DNA from: Candidatus Eiseniibacteriota bacterium
GTDB taxonomy: Bacteria > Eisenbacteria > RBG-16-71-46 > DASYSL01
DNA length: 64,000 bases
Assembly (NCBI GenBank): GCA_031413115.1
Contig: JANOEH010000024.1
Coordinates: 336-64,335 of the forward strand
Reading direction: 5' to 3'
Part shown: positions 1 through 13,309 of the stretch, one piece after another
Numbering within the stretch: the first letter of the stretch is position 1
How the letters are laid out: each line of letters starts with the position of its first letter
Position numbers and translations under genes: made by a program
The notes under the pieces: model-generated
Told to the model about the DNA's origin: nothing
What the model saw: only the letters and a program-made list of their open reading frames with translations
The model's database searches: none

Positions 1-124
1 TGAGGTCACTCCGCCGCGCTCGACGCCTGGCCCGGCACCGTGGCCGTCTGCGACCCGCCGTCCGCCTCGGTGGTAGTCCAGAAGGGCATTGACAGGCAGC
101 GGTCGTTGCGGGGAGAGTGTTCCC

Positions 125-499
125 ATGTTCACTCGTGTGCGCGCACTTGCCCCCGTCGCCCTACTGGTCGCCTTGCTCTCGGGGCCTGCGACTTCCGGCT
201 CGGTCTTCGTGCACATGGTCATGGACCACGCGCCGATGTCGTCTCACCACGATCACCACGGCGATGCCGTGGTCGATCAAGTCCATCTGGCCCATGATGA
301 CGAGCATTCCCACGAGTTGGTGCTCGCGACCGAGGTTGCGGCCAGGCTCACGGGGCAGTCCCTTTCCCTGCACCTTGCGCCTGCCGTCCACCAGAGTCCG
401 TTTGACCTCCCAATCTGGACCGCAACGCTTCGTTCTACGCCCCCCGCGCAACGACCAAATCCCCTCTTATCCAAGCGGCATTCCATCCTCCTGATCTGA
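125..499 (+). CDS. His-rich exported protein (~124 aa), putative periplasmic metal-binding protein upstream of czcC
   Basis: ATG at 125 with GGGGAGAG upstream; N-terminal signal-like segment (ALAPVALLVALLSGPATSGS); His/Asp-rich stretch HMVMDHAPMSSHHDHHGDAVVDQVHLAHDDEHSHE; position immediately 5' of HME-RND operon. Confidence 0.5.
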   Translation: MFTRVRALAPVALLVALLSGPATSGSVFVHMVMDHAPMSSHHDHHGDAVVDQVHLAHDDEHSHELVLATEVAARLTGQSLSLHLAPAVHQSPFDLPIWTATLRSTPPAQRPNPLLSKRHSILLI

Positions 500-643
500 A
501 CGAACGGTCGCACGCCACCGTTTCGCCGTCCGGCATGTGGTCGAGCTTGTTCATTCAGGGGGTTTTATGCGTATGGGAGTTCTACTGCTACTGCGATTGC
601 CGACGTCTGTTCCCGGTGACGCAGGTTTCGCCGCCGGCCTCCG

Positions 644-1960
644 GTGGGGATGCCAGCCATCATGAGCCGAGTGAATCCCGGAGTCGTGTCCATCGCTGCG
701 GCCTGGCTCGCGATTGCTCTCGCATTGACGCCGGATCCGGCCTGGGCTCTGGAGGAGCCGACCGGAGTGCTCACGCTCAGCGACGCGCTGGCATTGGCGT
801 TGACGGAGAACCCGGAGCTCGCGCCCTTCGCCTGGCGTGAGCGGGCAAATGAAGCCCAGCTTCTGCAAGCGAAGCGACGACCGAATCCCGAGCTTGGCCT
901 TGAAGCGGAAAACCTCGGCGGCACTGGGAGCTACAGCGGCTCCGAGCAGCTGCAGACCACGCTGCAGCTCAGCCAACTGATCGAGCTGGGCGGAAAGCGG
1001 GGGGCGCGAATGGCCGTGGCTTCGCAGGCGCGCGCCATCACACGATCCGACTACGAGTCGAAGCGGGTCGAGGTGCTGGCGGACGTGACCCAGCGGTTCA
1101 CCCGAGTCCTGGCGAACCAGCACATGTTGGAGCTGGCGGTGACGAACCGACAGTTGGCGGCGGATGCCCTTCAGACCGTGCAACAGCGCGCGAAGGCAGG
1201 GAAGGCGCCCGCACTGGAGGAGCGAAAGGCGGAGGTCGCGCTGGCTCGCGCCGAAGTCGTCGTCGAGGGGGCCAGGCACGAACTGGGCGCCGCGCGCAAG
1301 ATCCTCACGGCCAGCTGGCAAAACCGGGATCCGGTGTTCGAACGTGCGGGGGCGGACCTCTTCGCCCGCGACAGTCTCCCGCCGTTCGACGACCTCGCGC
1401 GCCTCGTTTCCGGCAGCCCCGAAGTCACCACCTGGGCCTCGGAGACCCAGCTTCGAGCAGCGGAAGTCAAGCTGGCCCGATCCCAACGCCTTCCGGATCC
1501 GACACTGAGCGGAGGAATTCGCCGCTTCGGAAGTTCGGGGGACCAGACATTCGTGCTCGGTCTCTCCATGCCTCTCCTGATCTTCGACCGAAACCAGGGC
1601 GGCTCGGAAGAGGCAGAAGCCAGGCTCGGGCGAGTCGAAGCCGAGCGCAAGGCGGCCGAGGTCCGGCTCCACACCGTGCTGCTCGGCCTGTACGAAGAAA
1701 TGGTTCGTGACCTGCACGTCATGGAGGGGCTGGAAAGGGAGATCCTGCCCAAGGCCGAGGATGCCTTGCGCATCTCGAGGGACGGTTATGCGGAAGGACG
1801 CTTTTCCTATCTCGATGTCCTCGATGCCCAGCGGACCATTTTCGAAGTCCGACAGGAATACATCGAAGCGGCTGCTTCGTATCACCAGTTCCTTGTCGAA
1901 ATCGAACGGCTTCTCGGGCGGCCACTAACCGGCGCACAGCAAGGTGAAACGACCCCATGA
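644..1960 (+). CDS. czcC: Outer membrane efflux factor (TolC/CzcC family) of heavy-metal RND system
   Basis: 438-aa ORF with signal peptide; OEP-family sequence (LSDALALALTENPELA..., paired coiled/repeat halves); ATGA-overlap with downstream membrane-fusion gene. Confidence 0.85.
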   Translation: MGMPAIMSRVNPGVVSIAAAWLAIALALTPDPAWALEEPTGVLTLSDALALALTENPELAPFAWRERANEAQLLQAKRRPNPELGLEAENLGGTGSYSGSEQLQTTLQLSQLIELGGKRGARMAVASQARAITRSDYESKRVEVLADVTQRFTRVLANQHMLELAVTNRQLAADALQTVQQRAKAGKAPALEERKAEVALARAEVVVEGARHELGAARKILTASWQNRDPVFERAGADLFARDSLPPFDDLARLVSGSPEVTTWASETQLRAAEVKLARSQRLPDPTLSGGIRRFGSSGDQTFVLGLSMPLLIFDRNQGGSEEAEARLGRVEAERKAAEVRLHTVLLGLYEEMVRDLHVMEGLEREILPKAEDALRISRDGYAEGRFSYLDVLDAQRTIFEVRQEYIEAAASYHQFLVEIERLLGRPLTGAQQGETTP

Positions 1961-3240
1961 CCACTAACTCGACGAGACGCACCCGGATCGTGGCCGCAGC
2001 CGTCGTCCTCCTGCTGGTCGGAGCCGGCATCACATGGTCCGTGTTGCGAAGCACGAAGTCCACGGCTCCGGCCGCCGACGGGGGACACGGCGGTGAAGGG
2101 GCCGGCGAGGCCGCGAAAGGACTGCACGGTGGACGCCTCCTGAGCGACGGCGACTTCTCGGCGGAAGTGACCATCTTCGAACGCGGCATCCCTCCCGAGT
2201 TCAGGGTGTTCGTGTACGAGAAGGACGAGCCTCTGGACCCCTCCACCGTCGCGCTGACGATCGAGCTCCATCGATTTGGCGGGCGCGTGGATACCGTCGG
2301 CTTCGCCAGGCGCGAGGACTACCTGGTCGGTGACAAGGAGATCGTCGAGCCGCACTCGTTCGACGTGAAGGTCATCGCCGAGCACAAGGGCAAGACCTCG
2401 CGCTGGGAGTACGAATCGTACGAGGGTCGAACCAGCATGTCGCCGGAAGCGGTATCGGCCTCCGAAATCGTCATCGAAACGGCCGGGCCCGCCACCATCA
2501 GAAGCACGATCGCAGTCAACGGTCGCGTCCATCCCAATGAAGACCGCATGACGCAGATCATTCCGCGCTACCCGGGCATCGTGAAGCGCGCGAACAAGCG
2601 CCTCGGGGACCGGGTGGCCAAGGACGAAGTCCTGGCCATCGTCGAGAGCAACGAGAGCCTGCAGGGCTACGAAGTCCGTTCTTCCATCTCGGGGACGGTC
2701 ATCCGGAAGGACGTCACCCAGGGCCAGTTCGTCCGGGAGGGTGAATCCATCTACACCGTGGCTGACCTCGGGACGGTGTGGGTGGACCTCAGCGTTCACC
2801 GTGACGACTTCGACAAGGTCAGGGTCGGCGAAACGGTGACCATTTTCGCCGGCGAGGGGACGTCGGGAACGACCGGTAGGTTGAAGTACATCTCGCCGTT
2901 CGGTTCGGAAGACACGCAAACGATGCTGGCGCGAGTCGAATTGCCCAACCCCAGGGGCCAGTGGCGTCCGGGCTTGTTCGTCACGGGCGAAATTCTCGTG
3001 GAGGAAGTCGGAGTGCCACTGGCCGTCAGGACGAGTGCCATCCAGACCTTTCGCGATTGGGACGTCGTGTTCATGGTGCATGACCGCACGTTCGAGATCG
3101 CCATCCTCGAGTTGGGCCCCCGCGACGACACGTGGACGGCGGTTCTCTCGGGGCTGCCTCCCGGGCAGAGGTACGTCGCCGAGAACAGTTTCCTGATCAA
3201 GGCGGACATTCTGAAGTCCGGCGCATCCCACGACCACTGA
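1957..3240 (+). CDS. czcB: RND efflux membrane fusion protein (CzcB/CusB/HlyD family)
   Basis: 427 aa; N-terminal TM anchor, beta-barrel/lipoyl motifs (ISGTVIRKDV..., VWVDLSVHRDDFDKVRVGETV); start overlaps czcC stop (ATGA). Confidence 0.85.
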   Translation: MTTNSTRRTRIVAAAVVLLLVGAGITWSVLRSTKSTAPAADGGHGGEGAGEAAKGLHGGRLLSDGDFSAEVTIFERGIPPEFRVFVYEKDEPLDPSTVALTIELHRFGGRVDTVGFARREDYLVGDKEIVEPHSFDVKVIAEHKGKTSRWEYESYEGRTSMSPEAVSASEIVIETAGPATIRSTIAVNGRVHPNEDRMTQIIPRYPGIVKRANKRLGDRVAKDEVLAIVESNESLQGYEVRSSISGTVIRKDVTQGQFVREGESIYTVADLGTVWVDLSVHRDDFDKVRVGETVTIFAGEGTSGTTGRLKYISPFGSEDTQTMLARVELPNPRGQWRPGLFVTGEILVEEVGVPLAVRTSAIQTFRDWDVVFMVHDRTFEIAILELGPRDDTWTAVLSGLPPGQRYVAENSFLIKADILKSGASHDH

Positions 3241-3252
3241 GAGCCACGCCCA

Positions 3253-3594
3253 ATGAAAACGATCAAGGCCATCATCCAGCCGCATGTCGTCACCAAGGTC
3301 GTCCGTGCCCTGCACGAACTGCCGCACTTTCCCGGCATGACTCTGACGGACGCACGCGGACAGGGGCGCGGACGCGGTGTGGGCGGTTCCTACAAGGTGA
3401 CCGAGGACGACATCGACTATCACGTCAAGGTCGTACTCGAAGTCGTGTGCGCCGACGCGATGGCAGTCGGCATCGTCGATGCGATTCGTCATGCCGCCCA
3501 CACGGGCAACGGGGACGATGGAATCATCATCGTCAGCGATGTCTCCGAAGTCACGCGCATTCGCACGGGCGACACACAGGACAAAGCGGTATGA
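3253..3594 (+). CDS. P-II (GlnB)-like small protein embedded in the czc operon
   Basis: 113 aa; MKTIKAIIQPHVVTKVVRALHEL...GMTLTDARGQGRGRG... resembles the P-II/GlnB fold (beta-alpha-beta with T-loop-like RGQGRGRG); sits 12 nt after czcB and 9 nt before czcA. Confidence 0.75.
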   Translation: MKTIKAIIQPHVVTKVVRALHELPHFPGMTLTDARGQGRGRGVGGSYKVTEDDIDYHVKVVLEVVCADAMAVGIVDAIRHAAHTGNGDDGIIIVSDVSEVTRIRTGDTQDKAV

Positions 3595-7504
<3,910 letters not shown>

Positions 7505-7514
7505 GGTGCATCTG

Positions 7515-8147
7515 ATGCCGGACTCCACGGTTACACCCCAGAGCCAGCCACCTTCCTCTCGCGCCCTCGTTCGCTCGACGGCAATTGCCGCACTTGTCGC
7601 AGCCGTCCTGCTCGTGACGGTCGTCTTGCCTGCCGAGTACGGGATCGATCCGACGCGAATCGGCAGCGTGCTCCGCCTGACCCCGATGGGGAAGATCAAG
7701 GTTGCGCTGGAGAAGGAAGTCGAGCCCGGCCATTCCGGCACGCCCGGGGTGTTGCCTGTCCTGCCCGAGATCGGTACAACCCAGGACTTCCCTTCCCCGG
7801 CTCCTGCGGAATCCTCGACCACGAAACAGGACATCACCAGGCTCACGCTGCGCCCGAACGAAGGCAGGGAGATCAAGCTCATCATGGAAGAGGGCGACCG
7901 GGCCACCTATCGCTGGTCCGTTGATGTCGGCGCCGTGAACTTCAACACGCATGGCGAACCGCCGAATCCTCCGCGCGGCTTTTATCACGGCTATGGGAAG
8001 GGCGCCGCCGCACGATCGGACGACGGCGTCCTGGTCGCCGCATTCGATGGCATGCATGGGTGGTTCTGGCGGAATGTCAGTGACGCGGATCTGACCGTGA
8101 CGCTCGAGACCGCCGGCGACTACAGCGAGGTACGGATCATGGAGTGA
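7515..8147 (+). CDS. Hypothetical membrane-anchored protein (TM helix + ~150-aa C-terminal domain)
   Basis: ORF 7494..8147, likely start M at 7515; single TM (AIAALVAAVLLVTVVL); no recognisable family; in operon position after HupE. Confidence 0.45.
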   Translation: MPDSTVTPQSQPPSSRALVRSTAIAALVAAVLLVTVVLPAEYGIDPTRIGSVLRLTPMGKIKVALEKEVEPGHSGTPGVLPVLPEIGTTQDFPSPAPAESSTTKQDITRLTLRPNEGREIKLIMEEGDRATYRWSVDVGAVNFNTHGEPPNPPRGFYHGYGKGAAARSDDGVLVAAFDGMHGWFWRNVSDADLTVTLETAGDYSEVRIME

Positions 8148-8162
8148 TGGATTCCGCCGTGT

Positions 8163-8708
8163 CTACGTCCTCCCGGCGACCGTCTTCAGCCGGGCGAGCC
8201 CCTTCTCGATGTCGCCGCCGAGCATGCCGTCCATGTCCATGAACATGCCGAAGGCCTTGCCGATCAAGTTGTGGTTCCCGTCCATCGACCAGGTCCCGAG
8301 CGTGCCGGTCGGCGTCGGTGCGAGGGTGAGCGCCCAGGTTGCGGTGGACTTCATCGGCTCCACGAACTCGAACTTCATGCGAACGCTCTGACCCGGGACG
8401 CTCTCTTCGATCGTCATCGTGCCCTTGCCGACATCCGTGTTGCCCTTCCATGCATACGACTGGCCGACGCCGGCCGGGGGGCCTGCGATGGCTTTCTGCA
8501 TCTTGGGATCGACCGTTTCGAACGGCGAGCCGAACAGGACGATGACACCCGCAAAACGGTGGAGGTCGTTGAGGACTCCGAATACGACATCGGCGGGAGC
8601 TGCGACCTCGAGCTTGCGCTCGACGTGATAGGCGGACGGCCGTGTGGCCACCAGTCCCAGGAAGGCGACCAGCAGACCCGCGATCCCGAAGAGAATTTTC
8701 ACCAGCAT
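8163..8708 (-). CDS. SRPBCC (START/Bet v1/polyketide cyclase-like) family protein
   Basis: 181-aa frame at 3' end of ORF 8163..9683; ATG at 8708 preceded by GGAGGG; N-terminal TM/signal then typical SRPBCC beta-sheet sequence. Confidence 0.7.
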   Translation of the reverse strand: MLVKILFGIAGLLVAFLGLVATRPSAYHVERKLEVAAPADVVFGVLNDLHRFAGVIVLFGSPFETVDPKMQKAIAGPPAGVGQSYAWKGNTDVGKGTMTIEESVPGQSVRMKFEFVEPMKSTATWALTLAPTPTGTLGTWSMDGNHNLIGKAFGMFMDMDGMLGGDIEKGLARLKTVAGRT

Positions 8709-8843
8709 CGAATCCCTCCTTTCACCCGCGCCGGAGCCCGGCGAACGACATCGCCGAGGACGTACGGTATTCCCACCCCGGTTCGCTGGCAAGGGAGGCC
8801 GAGGGCCCCGGATCTTCTCCTCGCTTCGGATGTATGATCGGGT

Positions 8844-9806
8844 GTGAAACGGCTCTTCCCGGGCCGTGGGAAGACGACCTTGGATCGCTCGGAAGAGCAC
8901 CGGCGCGAGCTCGACGCCAAAGGCAGGAACGCCCTGATCAATCGTGACGAGGATCGCAAGAAATGGCTCGTCCCCTGGGTCCTGTCCCTGGGCCTCCATG
9001 CGGTCGCGATCCTCTTTCTGCTGCCGAAACTCATGGCGGCCCCGGCCCCGGCTCCGCGGCCGGAGGTGATCCAGGTCCGGCTCTCGCCACCGGAGGAGTC
9101 GCCGCAGCTCTTCTCCGAGCTCCCAGTGGACCGGGCGGACGCGGCGCCGGAGAAAGCGGACATCCTCAGCAACGTGACGAGCCGCGCGCGCGATATGGTT
9201 CCCGGCGGCGACGACGATCTTCCGAGGATGCAGGGCGAGAGCGGTGCCCCGACGGTGGAACTCACACCCGAGAGGAAATCGTCGCGTTCCCCTGCGGCCT
9301 CCCAGCCGCAGTCGAACGAGCGGGCCGGACTCGAGGCTGCGCAGTCCCGGGTCGCGACCCAGAAGCCGGATGGCCAGGCGCTCGTGGCCGTGCCGGACGA
9401 GGAGGCCATTCTCGGCTCGGCGGGGAACTCGGCCACTCGACAGCCCGGGATGAGGCGTCCCGACGGCAACGCCCTGCTCCTGGGCGACGTGAGCCTCAAC
9501 ACCACGGCCTGGGAGTACGCGCCCTGGCTCCAGCGCTTCGGCATGCAGCTCCAGGAGCGTTGGTATGCGCCTCCCGCGTACACCTACGGAATCCTCAAGG
9601 AAGGGGGCTGGGCCTTGCTCGAGATGGAGATCACGCGATCCGGAAAGGTGCTGCGCATGGATCTCCTCGATGAGCAGGGACATCCGTCGCTGATTCGCGC
9701 CGCGCAGAGCGCGCTTCGCTCGATGAACCCGATCGAACCCCTGCCCGCCAACTTCCCCGAGCCGACGTTGATCCTCCGCATCCGGATGATCTATCCGTCG
9801 AGGTAG
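8844..9806 (+). CDS. TonB family energy transducer (C-terminal TonB domain)
   Basis: 320 aa (GTG start at 8844, start uncertain); TM helix WLVPWVLSLGLHAVAILFLL, Pro/Glu-rich linker, C-terminal GWALLEMEITRSGKVLRMDLLDEQGHPSLIRAAQSALRSMNPIEPLP matching TonB_C. Confidence 0.7.
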   Translation: MKRLFPGRGKTTLDRSEEHRRELDAKGRNALINRDEDRKKWLVPWVLSLGLHAVAILFLLPKLMAAPAPAPRPEVIQVRLSPPEESPQLFSELPVDRADAAPEKADILSNVTSRARDMVPGGDDDLPRMQGESGAPTVELTPERKSSRSPAASQPQSNERAGLEAAQSRVATQKPDGQALVAVPDEEAILGSAGNSATRQPGMRRPDGNALLLGDVSLNTTAWEYAPWLQRFGMQLQERWYAPPAYTYGILKEGGWALLEMEITRSGKVLRMDLLDEQGHPSLIRAAQSALRSMNPIEPLPANFPEPTLILRIRMIYPSR

Positions 9807-9985
9807 TCCGCGTCAGTCAGCCTCGGTCTGCGCCCCCGCGAGCCTTCACGCATCCTCATCCTGCTGCAGCTGCGCGCGCCAGCTCGAGCGGCTGGAAGCG
9901 GGCGGCGAGGGCGCCGATGAATCCGATGGCGAGAACCCCGACATACAGCAGGTTATCGCGCTTGCGATGACCGTCGAGCCGGCGG

Positions 9986-12900
9986 TCATGCGCCGGCCAC
10001 GGGAACGGGCATGCGGTCCGGATGCGCCTCCGGGACCGCCCACTCGACGGCGGCGGGCCCTTCGGTCACTTCCTTGCGGCGCCAGAGGTAGTAGATCGCC
10101 GGATAGACAAGCAGCTCGAGCAGGAACGAGGTGACGAGGCCGCCGACCATCGGCGCGGCGATCCGCTTCATGAGGTCCGAGCCGGTTTCCATGGACCACA
10201 TGATGGGCAGCAGTCCCATGAACGCGGCCGCCACCGTCATGGCCTTGGGGCGGACGCGCTTCACCGCGCCATGGATGATGGCCTCGACGAGATCCCCGGT
10301 CGTGCGCAGGCGGCCGCGTGCCCTGGCTTCGTCGTGGGACAGGTCGAGGAACAGCAGCATGAACACCCCCGTCTCCGCGTCGAGACCCGCCAGCGCGATC
10401 ATGCCCACCCACACCGCGATGGAGATGTTGTAGTCCAGCAGGTACAACAGCCAGACCGCCCCGATCAGGGAGAACGGCACGGCGAGCATGACCATGCCCG
10501 ACTTGAACATCGACCTGGTGTTCAGGAAGAGGAGGCCGAAGATCAGCAGCAGCGTGAGGGGGATGACGAGCTTCATGCGTTCCTTCACGCGCAGCATGTT
10601 CTCGTACTGCCCGCTCCAGGAGACCGCATAGCCGGTCGGCAGCTTCACCTTCGCGGCAACAGCCCGCTTGCCGCTCTCGACGTAACGCCCGATGTCCGTC
10701 CTCGACACGTCGAAGTCGACGTAGACGTATCCCGTGAGCAGCCCGTTCTCGTCGCGGATCATCGACGGTCCCTCGACCATGCGGACGTCCGCAATCTCGG
10801 ACATGGGAATCTGACCGCGGCCGCCCGGCAGCGGCAGCAGCACCCGCTTCAGCGCTTCCACGTCATCGCGATAATCCCGCGCGTAACGCACGTTGACGCC
10901 ATAGCGTTCACGCCCCTCGACGGTCGTCGTCTGGTTGTCTCCACCCACCGCGGTCATGACCATCATGTTTGCGTCGTCCACGGAGAGGCCGTAGCGCGCG
11001 AGTTGATCGCGATCCAGCACGAAGTCGAGAAAGTAGCCGCCCGCGACACGTTCGGCGTAGACGCTGCGGGTGCCCGGAACATCCTGCAGGGCGGACTCGA
11101 TCTCGATCGCCGTCTTCTGGATGATCTGGAGATCCGCCCCGCTCACCTTGATCCCGACCGGCGTGCGGATGCCCGTCGACAGCATGTCGAGCCGTGCCTT
11201 GATCGGCATGGTCCACGCATTGCTGATGCCGGGAAGCTGCAACGCCGAGTTCATCTCGTCGACGAGCTGCTCCTCGGTGATCCGATCCCCCCAGAACGGC
11301 CGAAGGCCCGCCTTGATCCATTCCGGTGCCCAGCTGGAATACCAGCGAGGCCGTGCTCGCCACTGGGACTCCGGTTTGAGCAGGATCGTCGTCTCCATCA
11401 TGGAGAACGGCGCTGGATCCGTGGGCGTGTCGGCCCGACCCGCCTTGCCGAAGATGGTCGCGACCTCCGGGAACGTGAGCAGGAGCTTGTCCTGGACCTG
11501 GAGCGCCTTCTGCGCCTCGGCGACGGACATGCCAGGCTGGACGGCGGAGGGCATGTACAGCAGCGAGCCCTCGCGCAACGGCGGCATGAACTCGGAGCCG
11601 AGCGACAGGTAGACGGGCACGGTCGAGGCGACCAACAGGAGGCTGACGATCACCGTCGCCTTCGCATGGCGGACGACGAATCGGCATGGACCCTCGTAGA
11701 CACGGTGCAGGAGCCGGCTGATGGGATGCCGCTCCTCCGAGTAGTAACGGCCAACCAGGAGCTGCGTCGCGAGCCACGACAGCCAGCGCGGTCGGAACGT
11801 GAACGGTTCGATGCGCGCGAAGAGCATCCGGACGGCGGGATTGAAGGTGATCGCCAGTACCGCCGCGATCGCCATCGCCAGGTTCTTCGAGTAGGCCAGC
11901 GGCCTGAACAGGCGGCCCTCCTGGTCCACCAGCGTGAACACCGGCATGAACGCGACTGCGATGATGAGCAGCGAAAAGAAAACCGATGGCCCAACCTCGA
12001 GGAGTGCCGACAATCGCACCTCGCGGAAGTCGCCCTTCATGCCGTCGGCCTGCCAGTGATGAATCTTGTTGTAGGCGTTCTCGACCTCGATGATCGCCCC
12101 ATCCACCAGCACGCCGATCGAGATGGCGATGCCGGCCATGGTCAGCAGGTTCGCGTTGAGTCCCATCAGGTACATGGGGATGAACGCCAGGGCGACGCTG
12201 ATGGGAATGGTGAGGATGGGGACCGTGGCCGACGGGATGTGCCAGAGGAAGAGCAGGATCACCAGGGAGACGATGATCACTTCCTCGATGATCTTGTTCC
12301 GGACGCTGTGAATCGCCCGATCGATGAGCTCGGATCGGTCGTAAGTGGTCACCAGCTCCACGCCCGGTGGAAGGGAAGGCTTGAGCTCCTCGAGCCGGGT
12401 CTTGACGCGGCTGATGACGTCGAGGGCGTTCTCGCCCTGCCGCATCACCACGATGCCGCCGACCACATCGCCTTCACCGTTGTAATCGGCGATGCCGCGC
12501 CGCATCTCGGGCCCGATCGCCACCGTCGCGACGTCCTTGACCTGAATGGGTGTGCCGTTCTCGGTCTTGAGCACAAGCTTCTCGAGATCGGCAATGGACT
12601 TCACGTATCCGCGGCCGCGCACCATGTACTCGCGGCCGGAGATCTCCACCAGGCGCCCGCCCACGTCGTTGTTGCCCTTGCGTACGGCTTCGACGACCGC
12701 GTCGAGCGGCAGCCCGTACGCCGCCAGGCTGGCGGGGTGCACGGTGATCTGGTACTGGCGTACCTGACCGCCGACCGTCGCGACCTCGGAAACGCCCGGC
12801 ACGCTCTGCACCGCGTAGCGCAGGAACCAGTCCTGGTAGCTGCGGAGCTCGTCGGTGGAGTGCTTCCCGGACCTGTCGACGAGCGCGTACTGGAAGACCC

Positions 12901-13309
12901 ATCCGACGCTCGTCGCATCAGGTCCGAGCTCGGTCTCGACGCCCGCGGGAAGCCGGGACGAGATCTTGGACAGATACTCGAGCACGCGCGAGCGGGCCCA
13001 GTAAGGATCGGTCCCGTCCTGGAAGACGACGTAGACGAAGCTGTAACCGAAGTCCGAGAAGCCGCGGATCGCCTTGACTCGCGGCGCGCCGAGCAGCGAC
13101 GTGATGATCGGGTACGTGACCTGGTCTTCGATGATGTCGGGACTGCGGTCCCATCGTGAATAGACGATCACCTGGGTGTCCGAGAGGTCCGGCAGCGCAT
13201 CCAGCGGGATGTGCTTCATCGTCCAGAACGAGAACAGCAGGGCCACGAGCGTCGCCGCGATGACGAGGTACCGGTTGTTCGCGGAGAATCGGATGATCGC
13301 GTGGATCAT
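9986..13309 (-). CDS. cusA: Heavy-metal efflux RND permease (CusA/CzcA family)
   Basis: 1107 aa; MIHAIIRFSANNRYLVIAATLVALLFSFW... typical CusA N-terminus; 12 TM; ATGA overlap with upstream fusion gene. Confidence 0.95.
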   Translation of the reverse strand: MIHAIIRFSANNRYLVIAATLVALLFSFWTMKHIPLDALPDLSDTQVIVYSRWDRSPDIIEDQVTYPIITSLLGAPRVKAIRGFSDFGYSFVYVVFQDGTDPYWARSRVLEYLSKISSRLPAGVETELGPDATSVGWVFQYALVDRSGKHSTDELRSYQDWFLRYAVQSVPGVSEVATVGGQVRQYQITVHPASLAAYGLPLDAVVEAVRKGNNDVGGRLVEISGREYMVRGRGYVKSIADLEKLVLKTENGTPIQVKDVATVAIGPEMRRGIADYNGEGDVVGGIVVMRQGENALDVISRVKTRLEELKPSLPPGVELVTTYDRSELIDRAIHSVRNKIIEEVIIVSLVILLFLWHIPSATVPILTIPISVALAFIPMYLMGLNANLLTMAGIAISIGVLVDGAIIEVENAYNKIHHWQADGMKGDFREVRLSALLEVGPSVFFSLLIIAVAFMPVFTLVDQEGRLFRPLAYSKNLAMAIAAVLAITFNPAVRMLFARIEPFTFRPRWLSWLATQLLVGRYYSEERHPISRLLHRVYEGPCRFVVRHAKATVIVSLLLVASTVPVYLSLGSEFMPPLREGSLLYMPSAVQPGMSVAEAQKALQVQDKLLLTFPEVATIFGKAGRADTPTDPAPFSMMETTILLKPESQWRARPRWYSSWAPEWIKAGLRPFWGDRITEEQLVDEMNSALQLPGISNAWTMPIKARLDMLSTGIRTPVGIKVSGADLQIIQKTAIEIESALQDVPGTRSVYAERVAGGYFLDFVLDRDQLARYGLSVDDANMMVMTAVGGDNQTTTVEGRERYGVNVRYARDYRDDVEALKRVLLPLPGGRGQIPMSEIADVRMVEGPSMIRDENGLLTGYVYVDFDVSRTDIGRYVESGKRAVAAKVKLPTGYAVSWSGQYENMLRVKERMKLVIPLTLLLIFGLLFLNTRSMFKSGMVMLAVPFSLIGAVWLLYLLDYNISIAVWVGMIALAGLDAETGVFMLLFLDLSHDEARARGRLRTTGDLVEAIIHGAVKRVRPKAMTVAAAFMGLLPIMWSMETGSDLMKRIAAPMVGGLVTSFLLELLVYPAIYYLWRRKEVTEGPAAVEWAVPEAHPDRMPVPVAGA

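Noticed and set aside
40-297. 85-aa ORF at the window start, and a TTGACA hexamer at 97-102
   Set aside because: Translation is junk-like and overlaps the better His-rich ORF (125..499). TTGACA lies only 22 nt before that ATG with no -10 element in range, so it is not called as a promoter.
9807-9985. GC-rich inverted repeats between convergent tonB-like and cusA genes, as candidate terminators. Similar hairpins occur near 20037-20078 and 499-644.
   Set aside because: Short (5-bp) stems without U-tracts. Such hairpins occur by chance at this GC content.
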